Shown: positions 1 through 12,905 of the stretch, piece after piece
How positions within the stretch are numbered: the first letter of the stretch is position 1
Layout of the letters: each line of letters begins with the position of its first letter
From: Eledone cirrhosa
Lineage: Eukaryota
NCBI GenBank assembly: GCA_964016885.1
Contig: OZ024740.1
Location: forward strand, 38,068,001-38,132,000
Direction of reading: 5' to 3'
DNA: 64,000 nt
The notes under the pieces: generated by a model
Database searches by the model: none
Told to the model about the DNA's origin: nothing
Seen by the model: the letters and a program-made list of their open reading frames with translations, nothing else
Translations under genes and position numbers: made by a program

Positions 1-921
1 CCTGCTTCTCCCATTGCTGCGGCACAACAACAAAGACCGAAGATCGTGTCTTCTACCATTGTTCCCGAACAACAACAACAAAAACCGAGGATGGTGTCTT
101 CCTCTACCATTGTTCCTGAACAACAGCAAAAACCAACGATCGTAGCTTCTGCTACTACCCCCGTTGAAGGACTTCATCAACAACAGCAACCCATGTCTTC
201 CTCACCCGTTACTTTTCAACAACAACAACCGACGACTGTGTCTTCTACCATGCCTGTTGAAGGAGAAGAACAACAACAAAAACCGACCGTCAATACGGAG
301 TTTGAGGAAATACGGCAAATGATTTCCGCTTTAAGTCAAGAAATAGCGGAAATAAAATCAAGCGTTCGTGTAGAACCCCACAATGAGGGATCTTACCGGA
401 GTGCCTTGTTAAAAAATCTCCGCGTACCTCATGTTGAACCTAGACGCATTGAGAATGCCACTGAATCTGTAAACCACGAAGTGATTGCCATTGGTGTGCC
501 GGAAGACATAGTTGATCTTCAGGCATTTGCTGCCAGTTCATCCAAAGACCTGGGCTGTGCTCCTGCAAAGGGTGCTCTACGCTTTGGCCGACCAGGCCCA
601 AAACCCAGGTTAATTAGACTGTCGTTTACAAACTCAACTGAGGCATGTTCATACCTTGTAGCCTCTGATAAAACTAAGCGTGAAAGTCGGATTGCTTTCC
701 GAACACGTCCTGGTCTTCCACCTGATGTCCGCCCAAAGTTGCGTGCTGCAGCTTCCCTAAACCGCAGCTCGGCAGAACATGAAAGCTTCAGCCTACGAGA
801 TGATGGGCAGATATGGAAGTTTGTTAAGGCTGGCGAATCATGGAAAAGAGACACCAGCTGGTCTGAAAACACTGCACCCACAACTGACAATAAAGAAACT
901 GAAAAAACTCTGGGAAACTAA
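1..921 (+). CDS. LINE ORF1 protein, 5'-partial: Q-rich tandem repeats, coiled coil, RRM-like region
   Basis: Open frame with repeated SSTIVPEQQQKP units, a heptad-like FEEIRQMISALSQEIAEIK stretch, and VIAIGVPE...RFGRPGPKPRLIRLSF typical of LINE ORF1. Confidence 0.8.
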   Translation, partial: PASPIAAAQQQRPKIVSSTIVPEQQQQKPRMVSSSTIVPEQQQKPTIVASATTPVEGLHQQQQPMSSSPVTFQQQQPTTVSSTMPVEGEEQQQKPTVNTEFEEIRQMISALSQEIAEIKSSVRVEPHNEGSYRSALLKNLRVPHVEPRRIENATESVNHEVIAIGVPEDIVDLQAFAASSSKDLGCAPAKGALRFGRPGPKPRLIRLSFTNSTEACSYLVASDKTKRESRIAFRTRPGLPPDVRPKLRAAASLNRSSAEHESFSLRDDGQIWKFVKAGESWKRDTSWSENTAPTTDNKETEKTLGN

Positions 922-3764
922 ATCAGAACAACCTGCCATCCCTTGCACATAATCATAGACTGGAATCAAAGTACAAATTGTTGTCCTTGAATGCACGTAG
1001 TCTATGCAATAAGATTCATCTTTTTGACTCCTACGTCAAAAGTATCAACCCGGACTTCCTTACAGTCACGGAAACTTGGGCACATCCCTTACTCTGCGAT
1101 GGGGTTTTCAGCATGACTGGCTACAACCTGTTTCGTAAAGACCGCATTAATCGTCGTGGTGGTGGTGTAATGGTCTACGTTCGGTCAAATCTGTCGGCAA
1201 TTCCTTGTGCTGATTTGAACCAATCACAGCAGGAAGTTTTTTTCTGTGATATACGTATGACCATGTCAACACTGCTACTTGGAGTCGTTTAGCGTCCCCC
1301 AAATTACCATCAGGACACTCAACTTTGTGATATCCTCAGAGCTGCTGCCAGGAAGACAGCCACTTATGTTTTCATTGCAGGTGACTTCAATCACCCTGAG
1401 ATTGACTGGGAGACCTTTCGTTGGCCGCCAAGTGCAAATGACTTCCTTGAGCTGGTGCTGGACTCGAGTTGGTCCCAGGTGGTCACCTCCCCAACGAGAG
1501 GTGACAACACTTTGGACCTACTCTTCACCACTACTCCTGAAACGGTCATTAGTGTTACTGCTGAGGAACCTTTAGGTGACTCTGATCATGCTATGATCAT
1601 TGCCAATCTATCCCTCATGGGCAGTAACAAGAACCACAACCATCTCCAAACTGCTCACTTTGACTGGAATAAAGCAAACTGGAACTGTTACTGCACCGAG
1701 TTGCAACGGCCAAACTGGCTTGAGTTCTACGACTCTGGAGATGTCAACACTGTACTCCAGAACATCCTGAGCTCAATATGGACAGCATGTGCAGCATCGG
1801 TGCCACGTAAGCAGAAAAAACATCCCAAAAGCGCAATTTGGGAGACTGCAGCAGTCCGTCTTGCCAGAAAAGAACGGCGCAATGCTGAACGTGAGTACAA
1901 ACTTCACAAATCAGACATTAATAGGAAGAGGCGAAATAGATCGTCCAACCACCTCAAACAGGTGACAAAAAAGGCAGTGCTTCAATTTGAGCAGCGCATA
2001 GCAACCAGCCCTGACAGTAAGGTGTTCTGGAAGTATGTTCACTCAAAGCAGAGGCCTCACTCTCCAGTTGGTCCTCTTCGCAATCCCCACACAAGCCAGG
2101 TTACTGACGACCCCAAGGAATGCGCAGAGCTCATTGCTGAATGCTATGCAGGCATTTTCACTATTGAAGACCAGAGTGTGCCATCTCCACCACCTATGAC
2201 ACCGGACTCTATTACAACCATGGAATTTACACCTGCAATGCTGCGACGTCACCTAAAAAATAAACGCAACCATGCCTCTCCTGGTCTTGATGGTGTTACG
2301 TACCTGCTTCTTAAACGTGGTGGGTACTTCCTTCTACACCAGTTATCACGCTTCTTCCAATTCTGTCTGAACAACAGTGCTACTCCAGAACAGTGGAAAA
2401 CTGCCAGTGTCATTCCTCTGTTCAAAAAGGGTGACCGCACATCACCTGTGAACTATCGTCCAGTCAGTCTTACTAGTTGCATCGCCAAACTGATGGAATC
2501 CTGTGTCAGGGAAACACTTTGGAACTTCTGGAGCTCTCACAGTCTTATCCGGCCCTCGCAATTTGGATTTATCCCCAACTCTAGCTGCTGTGATCAACTT
2601 ATAGAGTTTCTTGAGGACATCACCCGGATCACTGATGGCGGCTCATGGGTGGATGTTGTTTACCTTGACTTTGCGAAGGCCTTCAATTCTGTGCCACACA
2701 AAAGGCTTATGGCAAAACTATCTGCAATGAGTGTGAAGGATGATCTTTTTAACTGGTTAAAGTCCTTCATTCTCAGTCGAAGAGAGGTAGTCACGGTTCT
2801 GGGACAGCATTCCTCACCATATGAGATGTCATCTGGTGTACCACAGGGATCTGTTCTTGGCCCCCTTTTGTTTGTGGCATATATTAATGACATAGATGCC
2901 AACTTAAGGAATGCCACAGTACTAAAGTACGCAGACGACATCAAGCTGTACCTTGAAATAAAAAGGACAGATCCTGAACACTATAGATCTTGCTTGCAGT
3001 CTGACCTGGACACAATGCAACAATGGATCTCAGACTGGCAACTCAAGCTAACTGTGGACAAGTGCACCACCATGCATTTTGGGAGTAAAAACCCAGCGTC
3101 CACATACTCCCTCCACAGCACTAATATCAAAAAGTCTTCCTGTGAACGTGACCTGGGCATTACGCTCAGCAGCGATTTGCGTTGGACGAGGCACGTCTCT
3201 AAAATTGTCAAGAAGGCCGAGGGTGTCTTAGCATCACTCAACAAGACCTTTGTCAGCCGCTCTCCAGATATCTATTTAAGGCTGTATACAGCTATGGTGC
3301 GACCACACTTAGAATTTGCATCACCAGTCTGGAACCCCTATCTTGCTCAGGACATTGACCGCCTGGAAACTGTTCAGAGACGTGCAACCAAGCGAATACC
3401 CTCCATCAGGCATCTACCATACTCTGAGCGCCTTGCTTCCCTGGGCATGGATTCATTGAAGCTCCGACGCCTGGCAACTGACTTGGTAAACACCCACAAA
3501 ATTGTTAACCATGTTGCCAACAACAACCCTGAGTACCTTTTTGATTTCCATGTGTCTAACACACGTGGACATGCCCACAAAGTAAGAAAACAGCACAGTT
3601 CCCATGACTTTCGGAAACATTTTTTCACGCTCAGAGTTGCTGAAGCATGGAACAAACTACCTGCATCAGTTGTTAGCTGTCGAGACACTGCATCCTTTAA
3701 AGCCTCCATGCTTCCGAGATCCGCCAACACTACAGCTAACACATACACACATGTACTTCCCTGA
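903..3764 (+). pseudogene. LINE ORF2 (APE endonuclease + reverse transcriptase) with a single in-frame TAG at 1290-1292
   Basis: NARSL, VTETW, DR..RGGGV, GDFN, LDL and SDH (APE); NYRPVSLTS, QFGF, YLDFAKAFNSVPH, GVPQGSVLGPLLF and YADD (RT). ORFs 978..1292 and 1455..3764 share a frame, and V*RPP corresponds to the YRPP motif. Confidence 0.93.
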
Positions 3765-3839
3765 CATTTGTGTATTCTATGTACTATATTGACGAGTTGT
3801 GGTGCACCTGAGCACTTTACACAATAATTTCATTCATTA

Positions 3840-3980
3840 ATAGTGCTTTATTTTATTGACCCCATAAAGATGAAAGGCAAAGCTAATCGCGACAGTATTT
3901 GAACCCAGAATGTAAAGGGCTATAACTATGCTACAAAGCATGTTGTCTGACGCTCTACCGATACTGTCAATCCACCACCT
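3840..3980 (-). mobile_element. Partial tRNA-type SINE (same family as 12906-13370)
   Basis: Reverse complement contains ggattgacagtatcggtagagcgtc...gcctttcatc, shared with the other copies. Confidence 0.7.
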
Positions 3981-4066
3981 TTGTTGAAGTTAAATAATAA
4001 AAAAGCTGTCATGATGTAAAGAAACTGTCTGGTATAAGGGAATAAGGGAGAAATATCAACACTTAC

Positions 4067-4219
4067 AGGTTCATCTCCAACAAGAGCACTGCCAATAACA
4101 TCCTCACACACCCAACTGTTGGGGGTTACTTGGTGCAGTTGCTGGAATAATTCAACACTTCTTTGATGATTATTACAAGTTGATGCATCCAGATGATTCC
4201 ATAAATTTTGAGCAACCAT
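4067..4219 (-). CDS. DOP1A: Dopey-1 coding exon 8 (MVAQNLWNHL...HQRSVELFQQLH...CEDVIG); gene continues beyond window start
   Basis: HQxSVELFxQLH...CEDVI is Dopey-like. Acceptor ttgtag, donor gtaagt. 153 nt. Confidence 0.9.
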
Positions 4220-4550
4220 CTACAATATACATAAATATATATACAATATAATATAAACACATAAACACACACATACATGTATATGTCATTTGTAATGTAA
4301 ACAGGATTACATATAAAGAGAACCTCACATTACATAAATTCTATGGAATTCCACACCTTATCAAATAATACCACAAATTTCAGAGTACAACCCAGACATC
4401 CATCCTTATGAAAATTTGGGTAGATTTTAACAACTTTAAAATCTTATAATCACAATAAATCACTGGCTGAACACAAATGTACTTTGTCTCCAAAAATACT
4501 TTTTTATCTTCCTTCCTCTTCTCACTTTTTTATTTTTATTTCAGATTCTA

Positions 4551-4586
4551 TCTTCTGATGAAGCACTAATGTCTGAAACGTTAAGA
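4551..4586 (+). ncRNA. Minimal type I hammerhead-like motif (Penelope-type)
   Basis: tct t CTGATGA agcactaatgtct GAAAC GTTA aga: both core boxes, palindromic AACGTT stem III, weak stems I and II. Confidence 0.5.
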
Positions 4587-5004
4587 CTCTTTTCCTACTA
4601 TATCAAGCGTTAAATTAATATATTTCTTATTTGTACTATATTGTTTGCTTTGTTGTTCCCATTTACCTTTCGCATACATGTGTATAGATTGGTTGGTTTT
4701 GCCCATAAAATCTATCCTGTGATTCTTCCTAAGACATTCTAACCACATGCCTGTAATATTGGAGTTGTGATCTCGCAATTAGGAGAAGTAGTGGTTCTAC
4801 CTGGAGTGACTCTCTGATCTACAAGTTACACATTCTATTGAGTAACATTACTCCAAAGACCCTTTGGAGGAACCATCTCAATGAAATAACTTTAGTGAAT
4901 CCATCTAAATTCTTCAATAGCTAATTCAAATACAGTGTATTTCATTAGGAATATGGTAACAAAAGTATAAAACATGCAAATATATAAATTCCAGTGGAAC
5001 TAAC

Positions 5005-5279
5005 CTGATAGAAAAGTGTATTGTTATTCAGATATTTTAGATGTCTTGGTAGGAGTGCTGGCAAAATAACAACCGAGATGGTTCCACCATCATTGCCAGA
5101 TGTTGATTTCCGTTCATTGCTGCCATCATCTTTGCTACGAGACTCACATTCTACTGACTGAGTCAAACTAACCAAATCCAGCATAGTAGAAATTGCTGCC
5201 ACTTGAATATGGAAGTTGTCAACAAAACAACTACAAAGAATCAAATCTTGAAGCCAGGGGGGTAAGGCAGAGTCCTCTT
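5005..5279 (-). CDS. DOP1A: Dopey-1 coding exon 7 (EEDSALPPWLQDL...AISTMLDLVSLTQSV...LFYQ)
   Basis: PxWLQ...AIS..DLVxLTQSV is Dopey-like. Acceptor cacag, donor gttagt. 275 nt, phase consistent. Confidence 0.9.
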
Positions 5280-5548
5280 CTGTGAGTTATAATAAATAAA
5301 TAGAAAATAGATTCAGAGGGATAACATATTAAAACAAAACAAAACAGTTAACTATACACACATATATATATATATATAAGAAAAACAAAGTTTTGTTTAC
5401 ATATATTTGTTTTAATTGAGTATCAACCTGTTACAAGCATTTCACAGATGATTGACTCGAGGTCACCTATGGACGCAACTCTAGAAGCAATCTGCTCATC
5501 AACCTGGTGATTCAACAAAAAATTCACTGAATCATCTACACACACACC

Positions 5549-5582
<34 letters not shown>

Positions 5583-7779
5583 ACGTCATCATCATCATCA
5601 TCATCATTTAATGTCCATTTTCCCTGCTAGCAAGGGTTGGATGGGTCTTTGAAAGCTGAGTCACTACTCAAACAGGGAACTACTAAGCTCCCAGACAGGC
5701 TAGGGGTCTGCATCTTGCCTACATATGGTTCTACACACTGAGTGCATTTTATTGTGACACCAGCAGAGGTCATCATGCCTTTGGCCTAAATGAAATGTTC
5801 TCCTAAAGCTTTGTTTACCAAGCTTTCTAGGGCTGGCTGTCCTTCCTATCACACTTAAGTGTGTGTGTGTGTGTATCATCTTATGTTCGCTTGCATGGGC
5901 TGAATGGGTCCTTTACAACAGAGCCTGTCTTTGTTCATACTATCCCTTCATCATTTTGTATGTAAGGTTCAGCATCTTGAAATCCACTCTAACCACCCCT
6001 GCCCAAGTTTTTCTTTGTATTCCTCAACTGCAACTTCTTTCCACTGGCATCTCTTCACCCAGCATTCATCATTCATATACATCACATGTCCATAACAGTT
6101 AAGGTGACTAGTCAGTTATACATCTATTTACAGCTACGGTGATGACCAATTGTGTGTTAAAGTGGTTTGGTCACAAATACTCTGCAGTACCACTATATTC
6201 AAATTTTTAGCTGGTAATTTGGCACCTTATCAACTTGGTCAGCTACTGTGTGTGTGTCTATGTGTGTATGTAAGTGTTTGTGCGCATGTGTGTTGTGTGT
6301 GTTTGTTTGAGTGAGTGTGTGCATGAATTCCCTAATCTATTCTATCTACATTCCTACAGTGTGTGTATGTTTGTGTGTGTGTGCATGTATGTGTCTATGA
6401 GTGTGTGAGTGTTCTCACGTACAAGCTGTTTCTTTTAACAGTATCATTGATCAGTCATCTTTTACTGACTACTTAGAATAGTATTGATTTGTTTATAGAT
6501 CAAATTAAAATAAACTGAGGAGGTGATCCCAATAGGTTTGTGGTTGAGCCTGTAACAGTGGAGACTTTTGGTGTTCTTGTGTAAACATTCATCCTTTGAA
6601 TTGTAAGAATGTTTTATAGGTTTTGAAGGTTCCAGATATCACAGCCATTTGTAGCTTATGAATTAAGGGAGTATGTTCTTTCTCTACAAATCCAAGCTCA
6701 GTTATACTTTGGTTCAGGCAGGTTGGGATATAACCTGCAGCTTCAATAATGACGGGTATGAATGTTTATCTTGGATACTAGATCTGCAAACTCCTCATCA
6801 ATGATCTGTAAATACCCTCCTCCTCTTGCATTTCTTTTTTATCAAATTGACATCAAGTGGGCAGCTGACTTCTACAACAGAGCAGGGTTTTAATGTGTAG
6901 TCTCAAACAACAATATCAGGCTAGTTGTGCTTTAAATTGGCGGCATTTTTTATTTTTACATTCCACCAGAATTCCTCTGAGCCATCAGTCTCAACATATT
7001 CCTCTCTATTTTTTATGTTCATCTTCAGTAGTGTATTCCAGATTGTTCTGGCCACCACATCATGCCGGGAGGTAATAATGAAAAGACTTTCTTTTACAGT
7101 ATGTATGCATGTGTGTGTGTGTATGTATGTATACAGTTAGTCCACTGAGAGTGAGATACCCCTGGTCCTTGTTAGGATATCATTCTAGAAGAAGGAAAAT
7201 TCTGGTGCAGAACCTGTGACTCAATGGCAGCCAATGATGCTAACCTGTTCTTTATGGATACCTGGCACTGTTGTTCAAATCACAAGTATTACTTATTATA
7301 AACATCTTTCACGTGTTACAGCTGACCATTGCCGAAAAAAAACTTTGTTTCACTGCAGCATGTGTAGAAAGAAATGTATGTCCTTGGCAAGGCTAAAAGT
7401 CATATTTATGACACCCTTATGAGAAAAGGGTCAAGGGATGGCAATTCTTCAAAGCAAAAATCAACCATCTTATATATGTGTGTGTGTATGCATGTATGTG
7501 TGTGTGTATGTATGTATGGAGGTGTGGTGTATGTATACATATATGTGAGCATTTTTCATGGCACCAACACTACACCTTACAAAGAAGAGTGGGTGCCACT
7601 TGCATGGCAGCAACTCTAGAACTAGATAGTGAACTGTGTGCTTTTTGTTGTGACACAAGTATGATGACCTTACAAGATGGACTGGGTGCTTTTTGTCATG
7701 ACACCAATATGACCACAAAAAAAGTAGACCGCGTTTTATAAATGTTTTTTTTTGTATGTGTGTTTATTTAACACACACC

Positions 7780-7846
<67 letters not shown>

Positions 7847-8477
7847 GTTAGTAGAGTATTGGTATTTTTATTTTATATATAGAAATAACTTCTCCAGGAT
7901 TAGTACTGTTTAATTTAGATGAAATCAATATTTCCTGATGATTTCATACAAATAAAACAGTTCTAGTCTTGTAGAAGTCATTTTTATATATAAAATAAAT
8001 GGGGACATTAAGTAATTGTGTTCACACAACACCATTTGTACCACTAACTAACTAAATTGTGTGTGCTATGATACACGGTTTTGTATTTACAAAATAGGAT
8101 TTCTGTAAAATCATGGAGTAAGTGACAAACGGCGGACTTTGATGAATCTTGTTTGTCTGGTTTGTTAAAATTAATCATCATCATCATTTAATGTCCATTT
8201 TTCATGCTAGCATGTTTAGGGACGGGCTGTCCCTTTGTAAAAGATCCAAATCGAAGGACCTTGTTTCACTCAACAAACTGATTTTGGCTTGGTTTCTACA
8301 ATTGGATGCCCTTCCTAATGCCAACCACATTTACAGTATGCATTGGATGCTTTTTATTGTGACTCCTACATGACTGCTCTACAGTGTGGACTGGGTGCTT
8401 TTTATTGTGACACCTACAAAACCACTTTGCAGGGTGGACTGGGTACGTTTTGCAGTGACACTTATATACATACACAT

Positions 8478-8995
8478 TTAACGTCTATCTTCCACGCTAG
8501 CATGGGTTTAGACGGGAATTGTCCTACTTGAGGCAAGATTGGTCAAGTGACCATGTCTCGCTCGTATAGAACTGTCTGGCAGGTTTTCTACGGCTGGATG
8601 CCCTTCCTAACACCAACCACATTTACAGTGTGGACTGGGAACTTTTTACCGTGTTACCTACACGGCCACATTACAGTGTGGACTGTGTGTTTTTTTTGTT
8701 GTGACACCTACACGATCTCATTAGTTTGGACTGGATGTTGTGGTACCAACATAACTTTATAGAGAAAGGGTGGTGTGGGTGGGAGTGGAAGGATGGAGTA
8801 GGGGTAGTGGGCTGGGGTGTATGTTTGGTTAAGAGGTGCCTACTGACTAGGTTTCGCTTTGTACATAGGCAAGGCGGGTCTTCTGTATTACTGAGTGGCG
8901 CCAAAGATCTCGGTCCAGTGATATTGTCTTAGAGAGGTGCAAGTGTGTAAGGTTGGAATTTATCAAATCGTCCCAGGTTTTTCTGGGTCTACCTA
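8478..8995 (-). mobile_element. RTE-type 3' fragment (ORF end GRPRKTWDDLI + 3'UTR with 48-bp units + hairpin tail)
   Basis: Highly similar inverted counterpart at 59220-59735. RPRKTW motif and terminal ccatgctagcgtgg hairpin. Confidence 0.8.
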
Positions 8996-11543
8996 CACAC
9001 ACACACACATATATATATATATACACACACACACACATACACATATTTAATATATCTGTATAAAAGGAGAAGGAAAACTGTATAAAAATAAGTGCCAAGC
9101 ACTTAATCTGGATGGAACCTGTGGAAGATGGAGACCAAATGGCATAAAGTTGTGAGGAATGACTTAAAAAACCAAAAACAACCTAATAAAAAAAAATGGC
9201 ATACGACCGACTAGACTAGTTTTATGTCATAATACAAAAGACCCATTGACTAATACAAAAATACTATTAAAAGTAAATGTGGTGAGAGACTGGAGGCTAT
9301 AATGTTTGACAATTGAACAGAGACAATGTAGAGTTTGAGATTTGTCTGTCTGGAAGATTATGTGACAACCTCCCTAGAGTTGGTGCAACAATAAAACACA
9401 ACCAGTCTACTCTGTCATGTGGTAGTACTGGTGCAATGATAAAATACATCTAGTGAAACTTGTAAAGAGGCAGAGCTGGTACCACCCATAAAACACACCT
9501 ACTCTACTCTGTAAAGTGGTATTGCTGGTGCCACAATAAAATGCACTTAGTCCAGCCTGTAAAGTAGTAGTGCTGGTACAACAAAAACACACCCAGTAAA
9601 CCTTGTAAGGTGGTTGATATTAGGAATGGCATCCAGCTGTTGGAACCATGCCAAACATTGACCATATGAGCAAAACATAGCCACCTGACTGGTCTAAACT
9701 CAGAATATAACAACCCACCCAAATAATGCCAGCATGGAAAGTAGCCACAAAAACAATGATGATGATGGTGTGTGTGTGTCTATGTGTGTAGATGCGTGTA
9801 TGTGTGTACATGCGTGTATGTGTCTACATGCGTGTACATGTGTGTGTATAATTAGAAGCTGAAGCTTCTTTAATCGTAACATTACTGATTGACCAAACTA
9901 TTAATGAAGAGTAACAATCAATTGATAACACTGAAAAAACAAGATTATAAAATAGACCCAGCTGCAATATGTTAGTAACGCTACTAGCTACAAATATTTG
10001 GACTGATGATAGCTGCATTGAAAGCCTATTAATATAATGTTTAATTAAAATTTTCCACAAAATGAAAGCCAAGTTATTCCTGCTGCTGTTCAATTAAAAT
10101 AGAAAACCAACCATGTCATTTAAATTATAAAAACAGAGAACTGCAGAGAATCATTTCTCATTATGATGAAACATTTAATTGATGGAAGATAATAAAATAC
10201 GAATGTTTTGATATAACTACAAATATTTCTGTTAAAATAACCTGAAGTCAACATTAATCCAGCTTTCTAGGGAGAGGAGTAAACAAAAAAAAAAAGAAAC
10301 AACATTCGATCATCATCAGAAGGGAGGTAGGTGTAAAAGCCAAACTTGCTATCTTCAATTTGGGATTCATGCCAACCCTTACCTATGGTCATGGGTCTTA
10401 CTTAGATAATGACCCAAAAAATATGATCACAAATATAAGCAACCGAAATGGACTTCTTTTGAAGAATCTTCAGAGTAACGTTAATTGATGATGTAGCTCA
10501 GAGATCAAAGAATTGTTCCAAGTAGAGCCGCTACTCCTCCAAATTTAGAGATAACACCTCTAATGCTACAGACATGTGGTTAGAATGTCTCAGGAAAGAA
10601 TTGCTGGACAGATTTTAGGGGCAAAGTCAACAGACAAGTGACCCAGGGGTAGACCCCAAGCAAGATGGTTGAATAACATCCATAAACTCAGCCGGTCTTG
10701 CTTGGAGATGGTTGCTTCTGACAGGATCCAGTGGAAGGTGTGCTTGAGGACTCTATCCCCACAACCTGCCCAGGAATAAGTGGGTGAAGAAGAAGAATCA
10801 AATAACCAAAGAATTATTTTTTCTTTTCTATTTGTACTTGTAGTTTTTCCCAATAGTTGTATATTTACAACATATGTTAGGGAACCTCTACATGGTTGTT
10901 TGACTTGTGATAAGTAGAAAGTAAACCTCACTCAAAAAACCATAGGTGTCATGCTGTGGGATTGAACCTGGAGCTTCTACATCCATGGCTGTGAGCTGAA
11001 GCTAAAGAACAACCGATGCCTTAACTTTCACAGCCACAACTGTGATCTGAAGCTAAATGACAGCCTATCCTCAATACACAAAGTTTAAACAAGAATGACT
11101 TCATCAGTTTTCTGTCCTTCTTCCATGCTGGCAGGGGTTGGACAAGACATTTTTCCAGCAGAATTTTATGATTGGGCGTCCTTCCTGATATCAACCTTTG
11201 TATATTTTTTAGTAAGGTATAAAATCTTTAAATGTCTAACTGCTGAGCAATGGGATCTCTATGTGGGATGTAAACAAATATTACTACCTGCTATGTTGAA
11301 TGTGAAGAGAAGAAAAGGGACAAACATACACCACACACATGCATCTGAAAGGCTTCCTTACAATTTCTATCTACAAAATTCACTCCCAAGGCTGACCAAT
11401 ATAGGACACTTACTCTAAGTGCTGAAGAGTGAAATAGAACTCAAGATCACGAAGTTATGAAGTGAACTTCTTAACCACACGGCTGTACCTGCATTTATTC
11501 AAAAAAATGTTTTATTAGGAAATAAAAAAAATGTTTAATTTAC

Positions 11544-12393
11544 CTTGTTGGAAAGACTGTTCTAATATTTTGTGATAATCTGTACAATAAATAGGGAAAC
11601 TGGCAAATTCAACTAGTAGACGGCATGCCCATGTAAATGCCTCGCAAAAGTCTGAATCTGATTTTACCGATATCTTTTGAGGTACACGGTTCTCCATACT
11701 CTGCTTGCGTAAAGTTTCATCTTGGCTGTATATAGATGAGGAGCTACCAATCACAGAATCTTTATCTGAACAACGTGCTGAATCCACAGGTAAAGTGATA
11801 GAGTCCAGGAGATTATTAACAGAAGTGTCTTCATTGAATATTCTACGAGATACAAAAGTGTGAAAAAAATCTTGGAAACACTGAACACACGCTTGCATTA
11901 AAGTTAATGGAACACTGACTATTTTGTCAGCAGATTTTATTGGAGAATTTGTCATCCTGTAAAATGTTGCCCTCAAATTTGCTACATGACTTACAGGTGT
12001 GCATTCTGTCATCTCAATTTGTGAATTTTGAGAGACTGATTCAGACTCACATTTTAGAATCTGAGGACTTGAAAGAGTTTCAAAATCATTTAAGGCACCT
12101 GAATCAGTACTTTCAATAGTAAGGTCCTCACTAGTTGAACTTGCTGAACTTTCTGATTTTTGTCTTTCATTTGAATACTTTTCCACAGAAAATACATTAT
12201 TTACAACCTCTTGTTTATCGCCAGTCTCAATGACAGTCATGGATGGCTGGGCTCGAGTTAAAATTTTATCACACAACTTAAGACTGTACATTATCTGATT
12301 GTTATGTAGCTTATCACTGTAATTTATCAATGATGTTATCATTCTTCGAAGAAGATTTGGAAGAAATTCTGTCTGTGTTTCCAAGTAGGTTTC
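11544..12393 (-). CDS. DOP1A: Dopey-1 coding exon 6 (ETYLETQTEFLPNLL...ACRLLVEFASFPIY)
   Basis: ETYxExQTE and SFPIY Dopey-like motifs. Acceptor tttgcag, donor gtaaat. 850 nt, ends in phase 1. Confidence 0.92.
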
Positions 12394-12905
12394 CTGCAAA
12401 GAAAACAAGAAGGTTTATGAATAAAATAGCACTAAACCCTTTCTAGTAGGTAAAGTGGACATTAAACAATGATAACAAAAAAAATTATCTAATTTTTAAG
12501 CAAACAATTTTTTATATGATTATATAATACAAATTAAATGACAAGTTTATATTTTAGGATAAAAACAAATACAATTTCAACAAAATACTAATATCATTAT
12601 CTTATTTCTAGTTCAATTTGACTGTTCCAATTGTTAGGAGAAAGACATAAACCATTGCTCAGCTTAACAACACCATCTGGAACATGGATGTCTTTAATAT
12701 TGCATGTGTTTGTCTTAAGTCTCTTGCAATCAATTACAGGGCTCCTGAATAGGCTCAGGGTGCAGTAGGATAGTTTCGAAGCTTGACAGGAAAGCCAGGA
12801 CAGTGTACCAAATGGAGATGAGTAATTAGCAACAGGCACTCATTGTGATAAGACATCTAACACAAGTCAGGGTGCGGACAAGTTGTGTTTATTATTATTA
12901 TCATC

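Larger units (their letters stand above)
1..3838 (+). mobile_element. Near full-length CR1-clade non-LTR retrotransposon (ORF1 + APE/RT ORF2 + short 3'UTR), antisense in a Dopey intron; 5' end outside window
   Basis: Two ORFs with APE and RT motifs, and a CR1-type C-terminus (TRGHAHK...RKHFFTLRVAEAWNKLP). The 3' end has a GTGC-ACCTGA-GCAC hairpin followed by a short att/catt tail. Confidence 0.93.

Noticed and set aside
519-3748. Minus-strand ORFs over the LINE
   Set aside because: Antisense shadows of ORF1/ORF2 with no recognisable motifs.
10560-10800. Possible coding fragment (GRPQARW-like)
   Set aside because: Probably an old RTE remnant, too degraded to delimit.
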